Virus record (IMG/VR): IMGVR_UViG_3300031565_000042
Length of the DNA: 55,822 nt
Source: a virus
Direction: 5' to 3' (one strand)
The translations under genes and the position numbers were made by a program. Shown here piece after piece: positions 34,320-43,810 of the stretch (within the stretch, counting starts at the first letter, position 1; every line of letters starts with the position of its first letter). The notes under the pieces were generated by a model. The model ran no database searches and was not told where the DNA came from. It was given only the letters and a program-made list of their open reading frames with translations.

Positions 34320-37034
34320 TTATGAATTTCTGGACAGCGCACTTTGAAAGGCTTGCCCCATCATTTGCCCCACTTGTCCGGTGGATCTTCCAAAGGATGC
34401 CACATCACTGGTGGCGATATTGAAGGTGTTGTTGATGTTGATCGGTGGCTTGCTGGGTTCGATCACTTCCACAGGTACCTTTCCACCTTTCAAGGGAATA
34501 ATGGCCTCCGGCCCATTCTCAGCCAGCGTCGAAATAGTGGGGCTTCTTTCAATCCCTCCGTCTTGATTTGAGGCAAACAAGGAACCGGCAAGGCTGGCAA
34601 GATTGGCAAAGGTTGACCCACTCCCACTGGTGGCAGATCCTCCACCACCTCCACCAGCAACACCTAGCGGTCCACTGGCACCACTTGTCGATGAAAATAG
34701 ACCACCTACGAGGCCCAGGATGCCGGATCCTCCCCCTTTTCCATCAGATGAGCCCAATGCCCCAGCTAAAGCCTGTCTTGCTTGTAAACGGACAAAATCA
34801 GCCAAAATTGAATCAACCAAAGAACCAATCTCAATTTTGCCGGTCTTGGCGAAATTGACCATGACATCTTCCATTCCTTTGAACGAATCCGTGACAATTT
34901 TTTCTGAGAGTGAGGCAAAGTCGTTAAGGTTTTCCTGTGCCTGAATAAATCCTCTTTCGAAGCCTGCTTCCACTCCGGTCTGTCCAGCCAATGTCTGCTT
35001 TCTCAAGTCCTGAAGTTTGGCGTTGAATTCCTCCAACGTGATGGCATCTCGTGCCAACAAAGAAGACAAGGCCATCAGCCGATTGTTCATGTCTTCCTGT
35101 GGCCCGCGAATCTCATCCAGGATGGACTTCTGCAATTCCAGTTCCTCATTGACTTTTTTCGAGCTGTCGACTTGCATGTTTTGAATTTCCGTGAGTCGTG
35201 CGATCTCTTCTACTTCTCCCCTGATGGCCTCTCGATGTGATTCAGCATCAGCCACGCCTGCTTCCTTCAAGGCATTCACGGCTTGCTGAACACGAACCTC
35301 TGTGGCCTTCTCCTCATTACTCAACTTTGCCAGGGCAATTTCTTCCTGCAAACTTTTATTCAGGGCTTCCACGGGATCAATGGCCGCTGAGAAGGTTTCA
35401 TTCAATTCCCGTTGCAGATCTTTTCTTTCATCCGTGGTGATTTTGCCGACCTTCTCTTGTTGCAGCAAAGTTTTATTGGCTTCGGCAAGATCCAACTGGG
35501 CTTGCTCAAGTGGTTTCAATTCCGCAAATAATTGTTCGAAGGCTTTTTGTTGATCCACAGCGGCACGAGCCGCCTCTCTTGCTGCCTTGGTTTGTTCCTT
35601 GGTGGCTTTGGTCACTCCACCAGGAGCGGTGGTCACACCAGCGGCTTGTGGTGGTGGTGTCACCTCCACTGGCTTTTCTCTTTGTTTCGCTACTTCCAAA
35701 GCTTTCTGTAAACCGACAATCAACTTGCTTTGTTCGGCAATGCGTTCTGGATCCTCTAATGCTTTCAGGATGGCAAACTCACTGACCAATTGCGCTTGAA
35801 TGACTTCAGCCGTAGAGCTTTGCGCTCGTCTGATAATTGAATCGGTGGTGTTGAGTGCATCTCCGATCGCTTCACCAAATCTCACAGCTGCCGAAACCCC
35901 ATCATTCAAAAAGCGAATGGTGACGGCGAGATCAGCTGTCATTTGGGTGAGCAAGGGCAGGAAGTTTTCACCGATGGCAATCTGCAACCCAACAAAGGCA
36001 GCATCTAATTTCTTACTCTGCCCTTCAAAGTTGGCCGTATTGATGGCAGCTTGTTCCTGAGCAATGTTGGTTCCGGCTACAGCCTTGGTCAAATCCTCTT
36101 GCCGTTGTGCGCGAACCAATAAGGCCCCAGCCCCAGCAATGGTTTCGGCCCCAAAGATTTTTTCCAGCTTGATATTTCTTTCTAGGACAGTGAGGCCAGA
36201 CAACTCTGTCGCTTCCAAATTCTTTAAAGCTTGGGAAAGACCCACCACACTTGGCGACAACTCTTCTACGCCCTGCTTGTTCAATCTTAAGATGACGTTA
36301 CGAAGTTGTGTCCCAGCCTCAGCTCCTTTCAATCCGGCTTCACCCATCAACTCGATAGCCGCGACGGTTTCTTCAAACGACAATCCTGCCCCCGCCGCAA
36401 TGGTACCGGCCACTTTCAAGGATTCCGTCAATTGTGGAATTTCAGTGGCGCCGAGTTTGGAACCAGCGGCCAGCACATTGATAAAGCGTGAAGACTCCTC
36501 AGCCCCAGCATTGAATTGATTCAGTGCCCCCGTTAAGGCCATGACGGCTTCAGGAAGAGTGAGGCCGGATGCTTCGGAAAGGGTGATAGCATCTCGCGTG
36601 ACAGCGGCCAGCGCATCCCCTGTTTGCAAGAGTTCTGGTTTGGCACTTCCCACCAACTTGAACGCTTCCGCGACTTCAATTGCATTAGAAGTGGTGGTGC
36701 TGCCAAACTCTTTCGCTCGATCAGAAAGGAATTTTAAATCTTCCCCTGTGGCTCCGGTAATGGCACTTAGTTCTGAAACAGTCTTCTCAAACGTGGCTGC
36801 AACATTCACAATATTTTTAATAGCCAGTGCTGCCACACCTGCAGCGGCAGCGAGACCAAGTGGGCCGATCAAGCCTTTGGAGATTTCACCCAGTCCCTTT
36901 TTGAGTCGGCCAGACTTGACCGCATTCCGATCAGCGGCATCCCCAATATCATCCAGCGACTTCTTAACCCGCCTTGAACCAACGACCGCACCAGTCGGAT
37001 CGACTTCTACGAAAATTGTTCCATCAGCTGCCAT
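34320..37034 (-). CDS. tail tape measure protein
   Basis: 904 aa, Ala/Gly/Leu-rich and helical. The N-terminal region is TP901-type core-like. A Gly-rich segment lies near the C-terminus. It follows the G/GT chaperones. Confidence 0.88.
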   Translation of the reverse strand: MAADGTIFVEVDPTGAVVGSRRVKKSLDDIGDAADRNAVKSGRLKKGLGEISKGLIGPLGLAAAAGVAALAIKNIVNVAATFEKTVSELSAITGATGEDLKFLSDRAKEFGSTTTSNAIEVAEAFKLVGSAKPELLQTGDALAAVTRDAITLSEASGLTLPEAVMALTGALNQFNAGAEESSRFINVLAAGSKLGATEIPQLTESLKVAGTIAAGAGLSFEETVAAIELMGEAGLKGAEAGTQLRNVILRLNKQGVEELSPSVVGLSQALKNLEATELSGLTVLERNIKLEKIFGAETIAGAGALLVRAQRQEDLTKAVAGTNIAQEQAAINTANFEGQSKKLDAAFVGLQIAIGENFLPLLTQMTADLAVTIRFLNDGVSAAVRFGEAIGDALNTTDSIIRRAQSSTAEVIQAQLVSEFAILKALEDPERIAEQSKLIVGLQKALEVAKQREKPVEVTPPPQAAGVTTAPGGVTKATKEQTKAAREAARAAVDQQKAFEQLFAELKPLEQAQLDLAEANKTLLQQEKVGKITTDERKDLQRELNETFSAAIDPVEALNKSLQEEIALAKLSNEEKATEVRVQQAVNALKEAGVADAESHREAIRGEVEEIARLTEIQNMQVDSSKKVNEELELQKSILDEIRGPQEDMNNRLMALSSLLARDAITLEEFNAKLQDLRKQTLAGQTGVEAGFERGFIQAQENLNDFASLSEKIVTDSFKGMEDVMVNFAKTGKIEIGSLVDSILADFVRLQARQALAGALGSSDGKGGGSGILGLVGGLFSSTSGASGPLGVAGGGGGGSATSGSGSTFANLASLAGSLFASNQDGGIERSPTISTLAENGPEAIIPLKGGKVPVEVIEPSKPPININNTFNIATSDVASFGRSTGQVGQMMGQAFQSALSRNS

Positions 37035-37042
37035 GTTGTTTT

Positions 37043-37378
37043 TTACCTTTTGCGAAAGTAATCAACCCACCATTCATCCATCTTCCCGACCACATATCGC
37101 AACATCTCAAATTCGTCTCGGTCGACAATGGCATGTCGTGTAGCCCAATCGTTGACCGCAGACCATGGAATGAAGCCCAGGCCGTTGACCAGCTGACGAG
37201 AGGCGCACAAATCCATGAAGCAATCCCAGTAGAGTAAATCCCATTCTGGGACTTGAGGTTTGTTAAGAATCGCCTTCGGGATCGGGAGTTTGTTTGTTTT
37301 CGCGGCCTTGACAAGTTTTGTATCCCGCCCTTCCTTGGCCCAGGTCAGTGAATATTCCAAGGCCGCTACGAGTTTTTT
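37043..37378 (-). CDS. tail assembly chaperone -1 frame extension (gpT-like), expressed as G-T fusion
   Basis: The -1 frame is open from just upstream of the slippery site through to 37043. It has no plausible independent ATG; only a TTG at 37360. Confidence 0.7.
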   Translation of the reverse strand, partial: KKLVAALEYSLTWAKEGRDTKLVKAAKTNKLPIPKAILNKPQVPEWDLLYWDCFMDLCASRQLVNGLGFIPWSAVNDWATRHAIVDRDEFEMLRYVVGKMDEWWVDYFRKR

Positions 37379-37851
37379 GCTGTGGCTTCCATTTCCTCAT
37401 GCCTGAAGTTCGACCGATCATGGGAATCCGCAATGATGTTGGATAACAGTTCAGGCATGAATTGCATCAACTCCATGCAGTTTTGAATAGTGAAAGGAAC
37501 CGCCTGACCTTCCGAATCTTCAACACCATTCCAATCCAACACAACACTTTTTGCGTATAACTCACTGAGCAATTTTCCATGGTCTTCTTCGGTGATGGAA
37601 TTGGCTTCGATCTGTTCAGCATGGGGTTTCATCAATTGGTTGTAGAGCAATTTCCAGTCTTGATTTCGTGCCCCAGCTTTCTTTATTTTGAATTCAACTT
37701 TTTTCCCTTTGGCCAGTTCATACTCCACGATGACGCCTTGCTTGGCCAACACTGGATCAGTCCCGAATGTGCCATACAAGCTGGCAAACTTTTTTCGTAA
37801 ATCTACGACCTCTGGTGTGACTTCTTGGCTGTCTTCCCCTTTACTCATCAC
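37366..37851 (-). CDS. tail assembly chaperone (gpG-like)
   Basis: 161-aa acidic protein between the major tail protein and the tape measure. It ends ...EATAKNS just after the slippery heptamer. Confidence 0.75.
   Translation of the reverse strand: MMSKGEDSQEVTPEVVDLRKKFASLYGTFGTDPVLAKQGVIVEYELAKGKKVEFKIKKAGARNQDWKLLYNQLMKPHAEQIEANSITEEDHGKLLSELYAKSVVLDWNGVEDSEGQAVPFTIQNCMELMQFMPELLSNIIADSHDRSNFRHEEMEATAKNS
37372..37378 (-). promoter_or_regulatory. -1 programmed ribosomal frameshift site A_AAA_AAC
   Basis: The minus strand reads GCA AAA AAC TCG TAG in the G frame. A -1 slip enters the open frame CTC GTA GCG GCC TTG GAA... (LVAALEYSLTW...). A weak 6-bp CCTTGG/CCAAGG stem starts 9 nt downstream. 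Confidence 0.75.
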
Positions 37852-37868
37852 TGGCCCCCTTCGATGGT

Positions 37869-37896
37869 GCGGGAGGAAGATCGTACTCCCTCCCGC
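37869..37896 (-). other. 8-bp GC stem-loop after the major tail gene, no U-tract
   Basis: gcgggagg-N12-cctcccgc lies in the 57-nt gap between the major tail and chaperone genes. Confidence 0.45.
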
Positions 37897-37908
37897 TGTT
37901 TAAAATGA

Positions 37909-39357
37909 TTATTGCGTCTTGTGAAAACGCTGGATCTGCACCGTGTACAAATCGGTTGCGCTTTTCAAGATCGCCTGGAATTCCAAGTTGATAAAAATGT
38001 CTGAGTTCTGACTTGGTACGGGTGCTCCACCTGTGGAATATTTCAAGCGAGGCAGGTCAAACACAATGGCTTTTCCATTGGTGTTCTGTACCCTCATATC
38101 CAGACTTCTTTCAGTGTTGTTGATGACATCCAGCAAGTAGGAAATGCTGTCAAAGTAGCAATTCGTATTGCCTGTCACCAACATAGAACCAGAGCCAATC
38201 CCCGCCGCTCCCAACACACCGACGCATTTTTGCTGCCGAAGGTTATTTGCGAAATTGATTGCTCCATCGAACACACAGCCATCCAGTGTGGTGAATGGTC
38301 CATTGGTGCCTCGACCGATTCTTCCCACATTGCTTGACGTATTAAACACGGCATTGTTTGGTGCTGCCACATCCGTTGATCCAACAAACCGTGTGGGTGT
38401 CGGGTCAGCGGTAAACCCTAACCAGTTCATGCTGACGGTCATGATGGCAGCTGAAGGAATTGCAATGCCGAAGGTGTCCAAGTGCATACCTCTGAAATAT
38501 TGTAAATTTATTGGACTGTGATCTTGGAATTGTTCTTCCAACGAATAGGAATGTTGGACCGTCCCATTCCTCAAGCGATCACCAAAAAACAACCAGACAT
38601 TTTCTGTCGTTGAGGCATCAGCGGCCCAACCGACTGGGACCACATCAAACGTCAACACGTTGGCTGAAATGGCTGAGATGCGTACCCAGTCATTATTCAC
38701 CAATGTTGGCAATTGATTAGCGGCCAATGCTCCACCGATCTTGATCCAATCCCCAGCCAAAAGGCCAAGGGTGGTAAAGTCAAGAATGGTGCTGGTCATG
38801 GTGTTTGGTCCTACCGTGGTGTCCAAATCACCTGTCGCCCCTTGCACTCCCACGTTATACACTCGTGCTGTCGCTGGTGGGGCAGCATTATTTGTGAGTC
38901 CACCAGCCGCCGTTATCGTGGTCGTGTTGGTGGTGGCAATGGCTGGAAAGACAATCTCATCGTTGGCATCTGCAAACCCTTCCAGATATATCAAATCATC
39001 GACATTGAATGTGACCCCAGCCACAACGGTTATCACGTTCGCCGTGATGTCCGTAATGTTGGTCCCTTGTCGATTATTTCTTTCAACCCAATTGCTGAAC
39101 ATGGCGCCCTCAATCACCGTGTCTTGAGCGCCAAAAGATAATTCAGCTGTGACTTCTCCACCGGCTTCAGCATCCGTCAAAATCAAATCGGGGATATTTC
39201 TATCGGGCCGAATCTCTTCTGAAGACACGGTGGTCGGTGCAAATTCAAGGGATGGTGCGCCCGTAATCCTCAAGGCTTCCCAGGCCGGAGTTGGCGGTGT
39301 GGTTCCTGGTGTCACCTCTTCCACAACCGCCAGGGCGAATCTATTGCTATCGCTCAT
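37909..39357 (-). CDS. major tail (tube) protein with inserted/Ig-like extension
   Basis: 482 aa. It lies between the tail terminator and the G/GT chaperones. No sheath gene is present, implying a non-contractile tail. Confidence 0.7.
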   Translation of the reverse strand: MSDSNRFALAVVEEVTPGTTPPTPAWEALRITGAPSLEFAPTTVSSEEIRPDRNIPDLILTDAEAGGEVTAELSFGAQDTVIEGAMFSNWVERNNRQGTNITDITANVITVVAGVTFNVDDLIYLEGFADANDEIVFPAIATTNTTTITAAGGLTNNAAPPATARVYNVGVQGATGDLDTTVGPNTMTSTILDFTTLGLLAGDWIKIGGALAANQLPTLVNNDWVRISAISANVLTFDVVPVGWAADASTTENVWLFFGDRLRNGTVQHSYSLEEQFQDHSPINLQYFRGMHLDTFGIAIPSAAIMTVSMNWLGFTADPTPTRFVGSTDVAAPNNAVFNTSSNVGRIGRGTNGPFTTLDGCVFDGAINFANNLRQQKCVGVLGAAGIGSGSMLVTGNTNCYFDSISYLLDVINNTERSLDMRVQNTNGKAIVFDLPRLKYSTGGAPVPSQNSDIFINLEFQAILKSATDLYTVQIQRFHKTQ

Positions 39358-39399
39358 CGTGTGTTCCTCCTGTTGTTAAAGTGACACCAACCGCAATCG

Positions 39400-39813
39400 T
39401 CACTCCACCTCATCAAAGATAAATTCTGCACTGACATTTTGCTGATACCATTTCCCATCGGGGCCGACATGGGTAATGCGTTCATTCCGAAACCAAAGAC
39501 CCCCAGCAAGTTGTACTCCTCGGAAGACATTTCTTGCTGTGGTGGCTAGGACCGTATTCGCAGATTTGCCCCCGCCCACAGGGGTAAAGACTTGAACAAA
39601 GACTAGCCCTTCATTTCGAAAACACCGACCACCCACTTGACCGAGCGCGGAAATGCTGCCGGTAGTGAACTGCACGTTCAGTCTCACCCACGGCACGTTC
39701 AACCCTTCAGCGTCGAAGGGTTTATTGTCGAAAGCCACTGGGGTGGTTGTTCCCCAAATGGCAACGAATGCTGATTGAATAGCTTTGTCTGCTTGATCTG
39801 GTGTCAGGCTCAT
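39400..39813 (-). CDS. tail terminator / tail completion protein
   Basis: 137 aa. Its position is immediately upstream of the major tail gene, and its size and pattern are DUF4128-like. Confidence 0.55.
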   Translation of the reverse strand: MSLTPDQADKAIQSAFVAIWGTTTPVAFDNKPFDAEGLNVPWVRLNVQFTTGSISALGQVGGRCFRNEGLVFVQVFTPVGGGKSANTVLATTARNVFRGVQLAGGLWFRNERITHVGPDGKWYQQNVSAEFIFDEVE

Positions 39814-40229
39814 GACTTGAAAATCTTTCCTGTGGTGTCCAGGGCCTTGAGGCCAGCACGTAAGGCTCTTTGCACAAATCCACTCGGAGCCTGTTGGCTG
39901 TGGCCTTCATTTAATCTCAACGCATACGGGACGTTGTTGGTGAAAAAAATACTATTGGCCCGTGCGCCTGTGCCCAATTGATAGTTCGCAAAGGCAGAAC
40001 GATTTTGGCTGATGTTTTTTTGTCCAGTCTTATCTGCGCCTTCTAATGTGCCATCTGGTCGACTATTCAATCCCACTTGCCAGTTGTGTCTGAAATGTCC
40101 CGTGTCCACAGGTGAGGCAATGATGATCGCTGAATAGGAAGCGAAGGCCAATTCACCAATTTGCTGGCTGATCCCTTTGACTAAATCCTTCTGGACTTTT
40201 TCAATTTGCAAGCGAATATTTTGTGCCAT
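39810..40229 (-). CDS. HK97 gp10-family neck protein
   Basis: SPVDTGHFRHNWQV is the family hallmark. ATGA-coupled. Confidence 0.7.
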   Translation of the reverse strand: MAQNIRLQIEKVQKDLVKGISQQIGELAFASYSAIIIASPVDTGHFRHNWQVGLNSRPDGTLEGADKTGQKNISQNRSAFANYQLGTGARANSIFFTNNVPYALRLNEGHSQQAPSGFVQRALRAGLKALDTTGKIFKS

Positions 40230-40609
40230 TAGCTTCGTAGTTGTAGGGTGAACATAATCGTTTCAGCGAGGTTGCCAGGTTGCAACGTTTTGACTTGAAC
40301 AATTTTCCACTCAGTGCCGTCTTGATCTAAAATCTTATCCTTGGTTTGCGGTTGAGTGGTGGGCAAATCCAGTTTGGCAATCAAGCATTTCTTATCGCCC
40401 AGCATCACAAGCGTTCCGTCGATCTCTTGATTCTTGTAATCAATGAAGACCGCAGGGACGTTGGCAATATTGGTATCAGCTGTATTCGGACCCCATGGTT
40501 CAGCTGGGACGAGTGGGGTTTCACTCACCACCTTGAACGTCACGAGCCGAGCATTCTTGGTAATCAATCGCTGGGCTAATGTTTGGAATGATCCGAATCG
40601 TGTGGCCAT
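40229..40609 (-). CDS. head closure / head-tail adaptor protein
   Basis: 126 aa. Assigned from its position between the connector and the gp10-like gene, and from size. The motif match is weak. Confidence 0.5.
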   Translation of the reverse strand: MATRFGSFQTLAQRLITKNARLVTFKVVSETPLVPAEPWGPNTADTNIANVPAVFIDYKNQEIDGTLVMLGDKKCLIAKLDLPTTQPQTKDKILDQDGTEWKIVQVKTLQPGNLAETIMFTLQLRS

Positions 40610-40649
40610 CGTTAGAATTCCTTAAAAATTTCGCGCACAAACGACATAC

Positions 40650-41552
40650 TTAACTCCTACAGACCAACCCACTGGGCCTGAGATATTCCTTGAGCAAGCT
40701 ATCGGCAAAAGGATATGGGACCGAAATTTGAATAGCCCCACCTTCCGTCCATCGAGTGATTTCTTCAATAACATCGACTTTTTCTTTTTTCTCGATAATT
40801 TGATTGCCGGTCGTGACAGCAGGATCGGGCTGCAAGATAGATCCAGCATTCCGCACGGCATATTCCACATTGGCAAACTGTATCCGGTCAGGAATGCCGA
40901 ACACCCGCAACCCCTCTTGGTCAAATAAATTGAGGCGAGGAAAGGAAAGGGGTTGAGGCTTTCCCACCAATGTCCCGCCAATCAATGTGGCACTTGACCA
41001 CACGGCATTTACGACTGTGGTGGTGCTGGCAATGAGGTTGCCTGGTGTGCCATCTACCAAGGCTTCAGCGACCATGGCGTTATCTTCAAAGGCTGAAGCT
41101 TGGGCATTGACGTTCGCCACGGTCCCTGTTCCATGTGTGACACCAGCCTGTGCAGGGACCGCAGCAATGGTGTTGATCAGATTGTTCATAGAGTCTTGAG
41201 CATTGGCCCCGATCAACACATCATCAGCCACACCCAAAGCGACAACGAACGTATATACTTGTGATCCTAAAGTGACAGTTGACGAGGCAAGAGGATTGGC
41301 CGCAAAGGTCAAAACGGCTTTAGCTCTCGTGAGGCTTCGGAATTGTTTTTGTCCCATGAAGCACAACCGATTGCGGCCTTCAATATAATCGGTGGCCGCA
41401 ATCAAGTGGGCCTGTCTCACGTTCAAATCCAAGTCAGCCCAGGAGTTTTCATCTTGCCGATTTCGGTCTGTCAGGTAGGCTAAGGCAAACGAGACACTGG
41501 CATAGCTGTTGGCTGAAGGAATGCCTGAACCATCTTCAACTAAAAATCCCAT
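40650..41552 (-). CDS. head-tail connector (gp6/DnaT-like adaptor) with inserted domain
   Basis: N-terminal ANSYASVSFALAYLTDRN...AHLIAATDYIE and the C-terminal LSFPRLNL pattern are typical of connector proteins. Confidence 0.55.
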   Translation of the reverse strand: MGFLVEDGSGIPSANSYASVSFALAYLTDRNRQDENSWADLDLNVRQAHLIAATDYIEGRNRLCFMGQKQFRSLTRAKAVLTFAANPLASSTVTLGSQVYTFVVALGVADDVLIGANAQDSMNNLINTIAAVPAQAGVTHGTGTVANVNAQASAFEDNAMVAEALVDGTPGNLIASTTTVVNAVWSSATLIGGTLVGKPQPLSFPRLNLFDQEGLRVFGIPDRIQFANVEYAVRNAGSILQPDPAVTTGNQIIEKKEKVDVIEEITRWTEGGAIQISVPYPFADSLLKEYLRPSGLVCRS

Positions 41553-41682
41553 GATGCTTCGCTCCTATGGTTTTTTCGGGTTCTGTTTAAATTGGTTGTC
41601 CCGATACCAGTGTTTTCTTTTCCAACGAGCCATCGTTTTCCATGTCTTCTGCACCCATTGGTCATCTAACCAGAAGAAGGCA

Positions 41683-42039
41683 TCAGTTAATCCTTGCTGT
41701 CACTTTGAATGATCCCTCGGCGATGACCCAAGAAGGCATATCTGGTGACACGGTATCGGTGATACGTACATCATATTTGTAGCTCCCGATCGGAATATCG
41801 AAGAGCGCAAAATCAATCGGCATCAACCCTCCTGCGATCCCTGTCCCTGGATAGGTCGCTTGCGATCCAATGAGCAGGGAGTCCTTATCGCTCCCCACCG
41901 AAAAGAGCGCTGCCCACCCGATTATGGCCGCATCGGTCCCATCCGGATTTGTCAGATGAAAGGCCAAGTCGAGTGAGTCATCTTCCTTGCGAGTTATATT
42001 GCAAAGTAAAACGGTGCCAATGGTTTTGATTCCTGCCAT
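41683..42039 (-). CDS. hypothetical structural-module protein (Ig-like?)
   Basis: Start at MAGIKT with GGAGG 9 nt upstream. Confidence 0.55.
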   Translation of the reverse strand: MAGIKTIGTVLLCNITRKEDDSLDLAFHLTNPDGTDAAIIGWAALFSVGSDKDSLLIGSQATYPGTGIAGGLMPIDFALFDIPIGSYKYDVRITDTVSPDMPSWVIAEGSFKVTARIN

Positions 42040-42044
42040 GTTTG

Positions 42045-42443
42045 TCAACCTCCAACTTCTATTGGTGCCTCCAGCTCCACCTCAATGATCAAAAAAAAGT
42101 TTAATGGGAGATTTTGCCCCACTAAGGCAATATTAATCATCGAGATTCCATCAGATGTAAAGATGTAAGCTGCTTGCCCTGCAAGAACGATATCAACTGT
42201 AGAGGATCCATCAGATGTAAAGATGGAAACTGCTTGCCCTGCAAGAACGATATCAACTGTAGAGGATCCATCAGATGTAAAGATGGAAACTGCTTGCCCT
42301 GCTATAGACAGGCTTATGTTACTCGCACCGACTCCTGCGACTATTGGGGCTCCAGCCACCAAAAGTCCCGATGGTAGCAGATACGTCTTGCCGTCTTTAG
42401 GATCTTGCAGGCTTTCGCCTGTCCACAGGAGAAAGCTTGCCAT
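42045..42443 (-). CDS. small repeat protein sharing its N-terminus with paralog P2
   Basis: TAATG overlap with the upstream stop. Product: MASFLLWTGESLQDPKDGKTYLLPSGLLVAGAPI..., then AGQAVSIFTSDGSSTVDIVL x2 plus a degenerate copy. Confidence 0.65.
   Translation of the reverse strand: MASFLLWTGESLQDPKDGKTYLLPSGLLVAGAPIVAGVGASNISLSIAGQAVSIFTSDGSSTVDIVLAGQAVSIFTSDGSSTVDIVLAGQAAYIFTSDGISMINIALVGQNLPLNFFLIIEVELEAPIEVGG
42143..42300. repeat. 60-bp tandem repeat, two perfect copies plus a partial degenerate copy
   Basis: 42181..42240 and 42241..42300 are letter-for-letter identical. 42143..42180 is a diverged partial copy. Confidence 0.97.
42338..42440. repeat. dispersed direct repeat copy B (partner 26966..27068)
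   Basis: See copy A. Confidence 0.95.
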
Positions 42444-43810
42444 TACGCTACTACGACTTTCCCATCGATATAAAAATCTCTGGATGCTGCAATCGACGCC
42501 ACACCAATCCCGACTCGTGCTCTTCCTAATCCAGCAGTGCCAACTGTCAGTCCCGTGACATGGAGTTTTTGCATAAAGGTCAATGTGTCCCCATTCCATG
42601 TGGAACTGGTATCATCGGTTTGGGCCGTACCAGTCACTTCCCTATTAGGTTTATCAGTGGCGAACAACCATTCTCCGCTCGTTGCATCATCTTTATATTC
42701 CACTTCAATCCATACTTCGTCGTCGTTAAAATCGGCCGTGGTATTCCCGCAAAACATTGCCACTTCAAATGTCCCTGTTGCCGAAAAGACGAACGATACC
42801 CATGGTGTAAAAAATGGAGCATCCAAAGAACAATGCGTTGTGGTTTGAATACCGAGTGTTGCTCCACCCCATGACACCGCTGTTCCCTCAATTTCACGAC
42901 CTCCGGTGCGAGTGACCGATTCCGTCATATCTAATCGCCCAAATTTGTTCTCCAAATACTGTTGCGTTGGTTGATTCCCAGGTCCAACATTGACCATACT
43001 GAATTGTCCACCTCGCCAAGCAGTGCTTGTACCTTTTAGTGTATGTGTCGCTGCTGTTTTACTATGAGAAAGAAACATTGGGCCTGTGGAACTATTGCTG
43101 TCAATAATATTAGGCGTTGCGGCATTCGTGAAACCTGAAAAATCCGCTCCGCTGATAGCGAGAGAGACCATGAGGTTATTTAATCCAATCAAATCTCCCG
43201 CGCGAAACCCCGGATTGATAAAGTCAAGACCGTTAATTAACACGCTCCCTGGATTTACCATCATAAGGCCAGTCCTGGTCGTTGACCCATCTAACGTCAG
43301 GTCAATGGTGAGGCGGTCATGATAGTGGTATGCGGAGGTTGATCCCAGAGTTAGAGTGCCATTAGGCCCGAACCCAAGAGTCGTCTCACTGGTGGTCGAA
43401 TAAAAATCCGTTTGCGCACTATATGTCATGACACCACCACTACGAAGGCTCACCCCATACATGGCCCAAATACCAGCAATAGTAAACGTGTAAACATTTG
43501 CCCCGGCATTTGAGGTATCCATTTGCACGAGTGATGTTGCCTTTTGAAACGCAAAGCTCGACAATCCGCCAGCCACTGATCCAGTGCCCTGCGTACAGGA
43601 TATCAAAATCATTGGTCCTGTCGTTGTCGGTCCTTGTAGCGTGTAATTGGCGGAATATGTATTTTGATCAACATGATCATGCCCGAAAATGACAATATCC
43701 CCAGCGACTTCCGCTTCCGCTGCCGCGAATGACACATACGACGTATAGGCCGTAGCCCAGGTGAGACCATCTGTGTTATTACCGCCGTCATCAACAATCC
43801 GAATAGCCAT
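42443..43810 (-). CDS. right-handed beta-helix (pectate-lyase-fold-like) protein
   Basis: N-terminal IVDDGGNNTDGLTWATAYTSYVSFAAAEAEVAGDIVIFG is the usual beta-helix cap motif. The protein is Gly/Thr/Ser-rich throughout. Confidence 0.6.
   Translation of the reverse strand: MAIRIVDDGGNNTDGLTWATAYTSYVSFAAAEAEVAGDIVIFGHDHVDQNTYSANYTLQGPTTTGPMILISCTQGTGSVAGGLSSFAFQKATSLVQMDTSNAGANVYTFTIAGIWAMYGVSLRSGGVMTYSAQTDFYSTTSETTLGFGPNGTLTLGSTSAYHYHDRLTIDLTLDGSTTRTGLMMVNPGSVLINGLDFINPGFRAGDLIGLNNLMVSLAISGADFSGFTNAATPNIIDSNSSTGPMFLSHSKTAATHTLKGTSTAWRGGQFSMVNVGPGNQPTQQYLENKFGRLDMTESVTRTGGREIEGTAVSWGGATLGIQTTTHCSLDAPFFTPWVSFVFSATGTFEVAMFCGNTTADFNDDEVWIEVEYKDDATSGEWLFATDKPNREVTGTAQTDDTSSTWNGDTLTFMQKLHVTGLTVGTAGLGRARVGIGVASIAASRDFYIDGKVVVA

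Noticed and set aside
36541-37143. Long + strand ORFs antisense to structural genes (e.g. 36541..37143, 36064..36519, 48397..48954, 45612..46142, 8911..9222)
   Set aside because: Each lies wholly inside a longer minus-strand gene with recognisable motifs. They lack ribosome-binding sites and have low-complexity compositions typical of antisense frames.
34320-39357. Contractile tail (sheath/tube pair)
   Set aside because: Only one large tail-tube-like gene precedes the G/GT chaperones. No sheath-sized second gene and no baseplate wedge genes are present. The distal module is GTA/siphovirus-like.
41553-41682. Small basic ORFs (18-42 aa) in the 130-nt gap before the connector gene
   Set aside because: There are several mutually exclusive short frames. 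None has a convincing ribosome-binding site or coupling overlap.
42143-42300. CRISPR-like array
   Set aside because: The repeats are directly tandem with no spacers, are 60 bp long, and are in-frame coding sequence.
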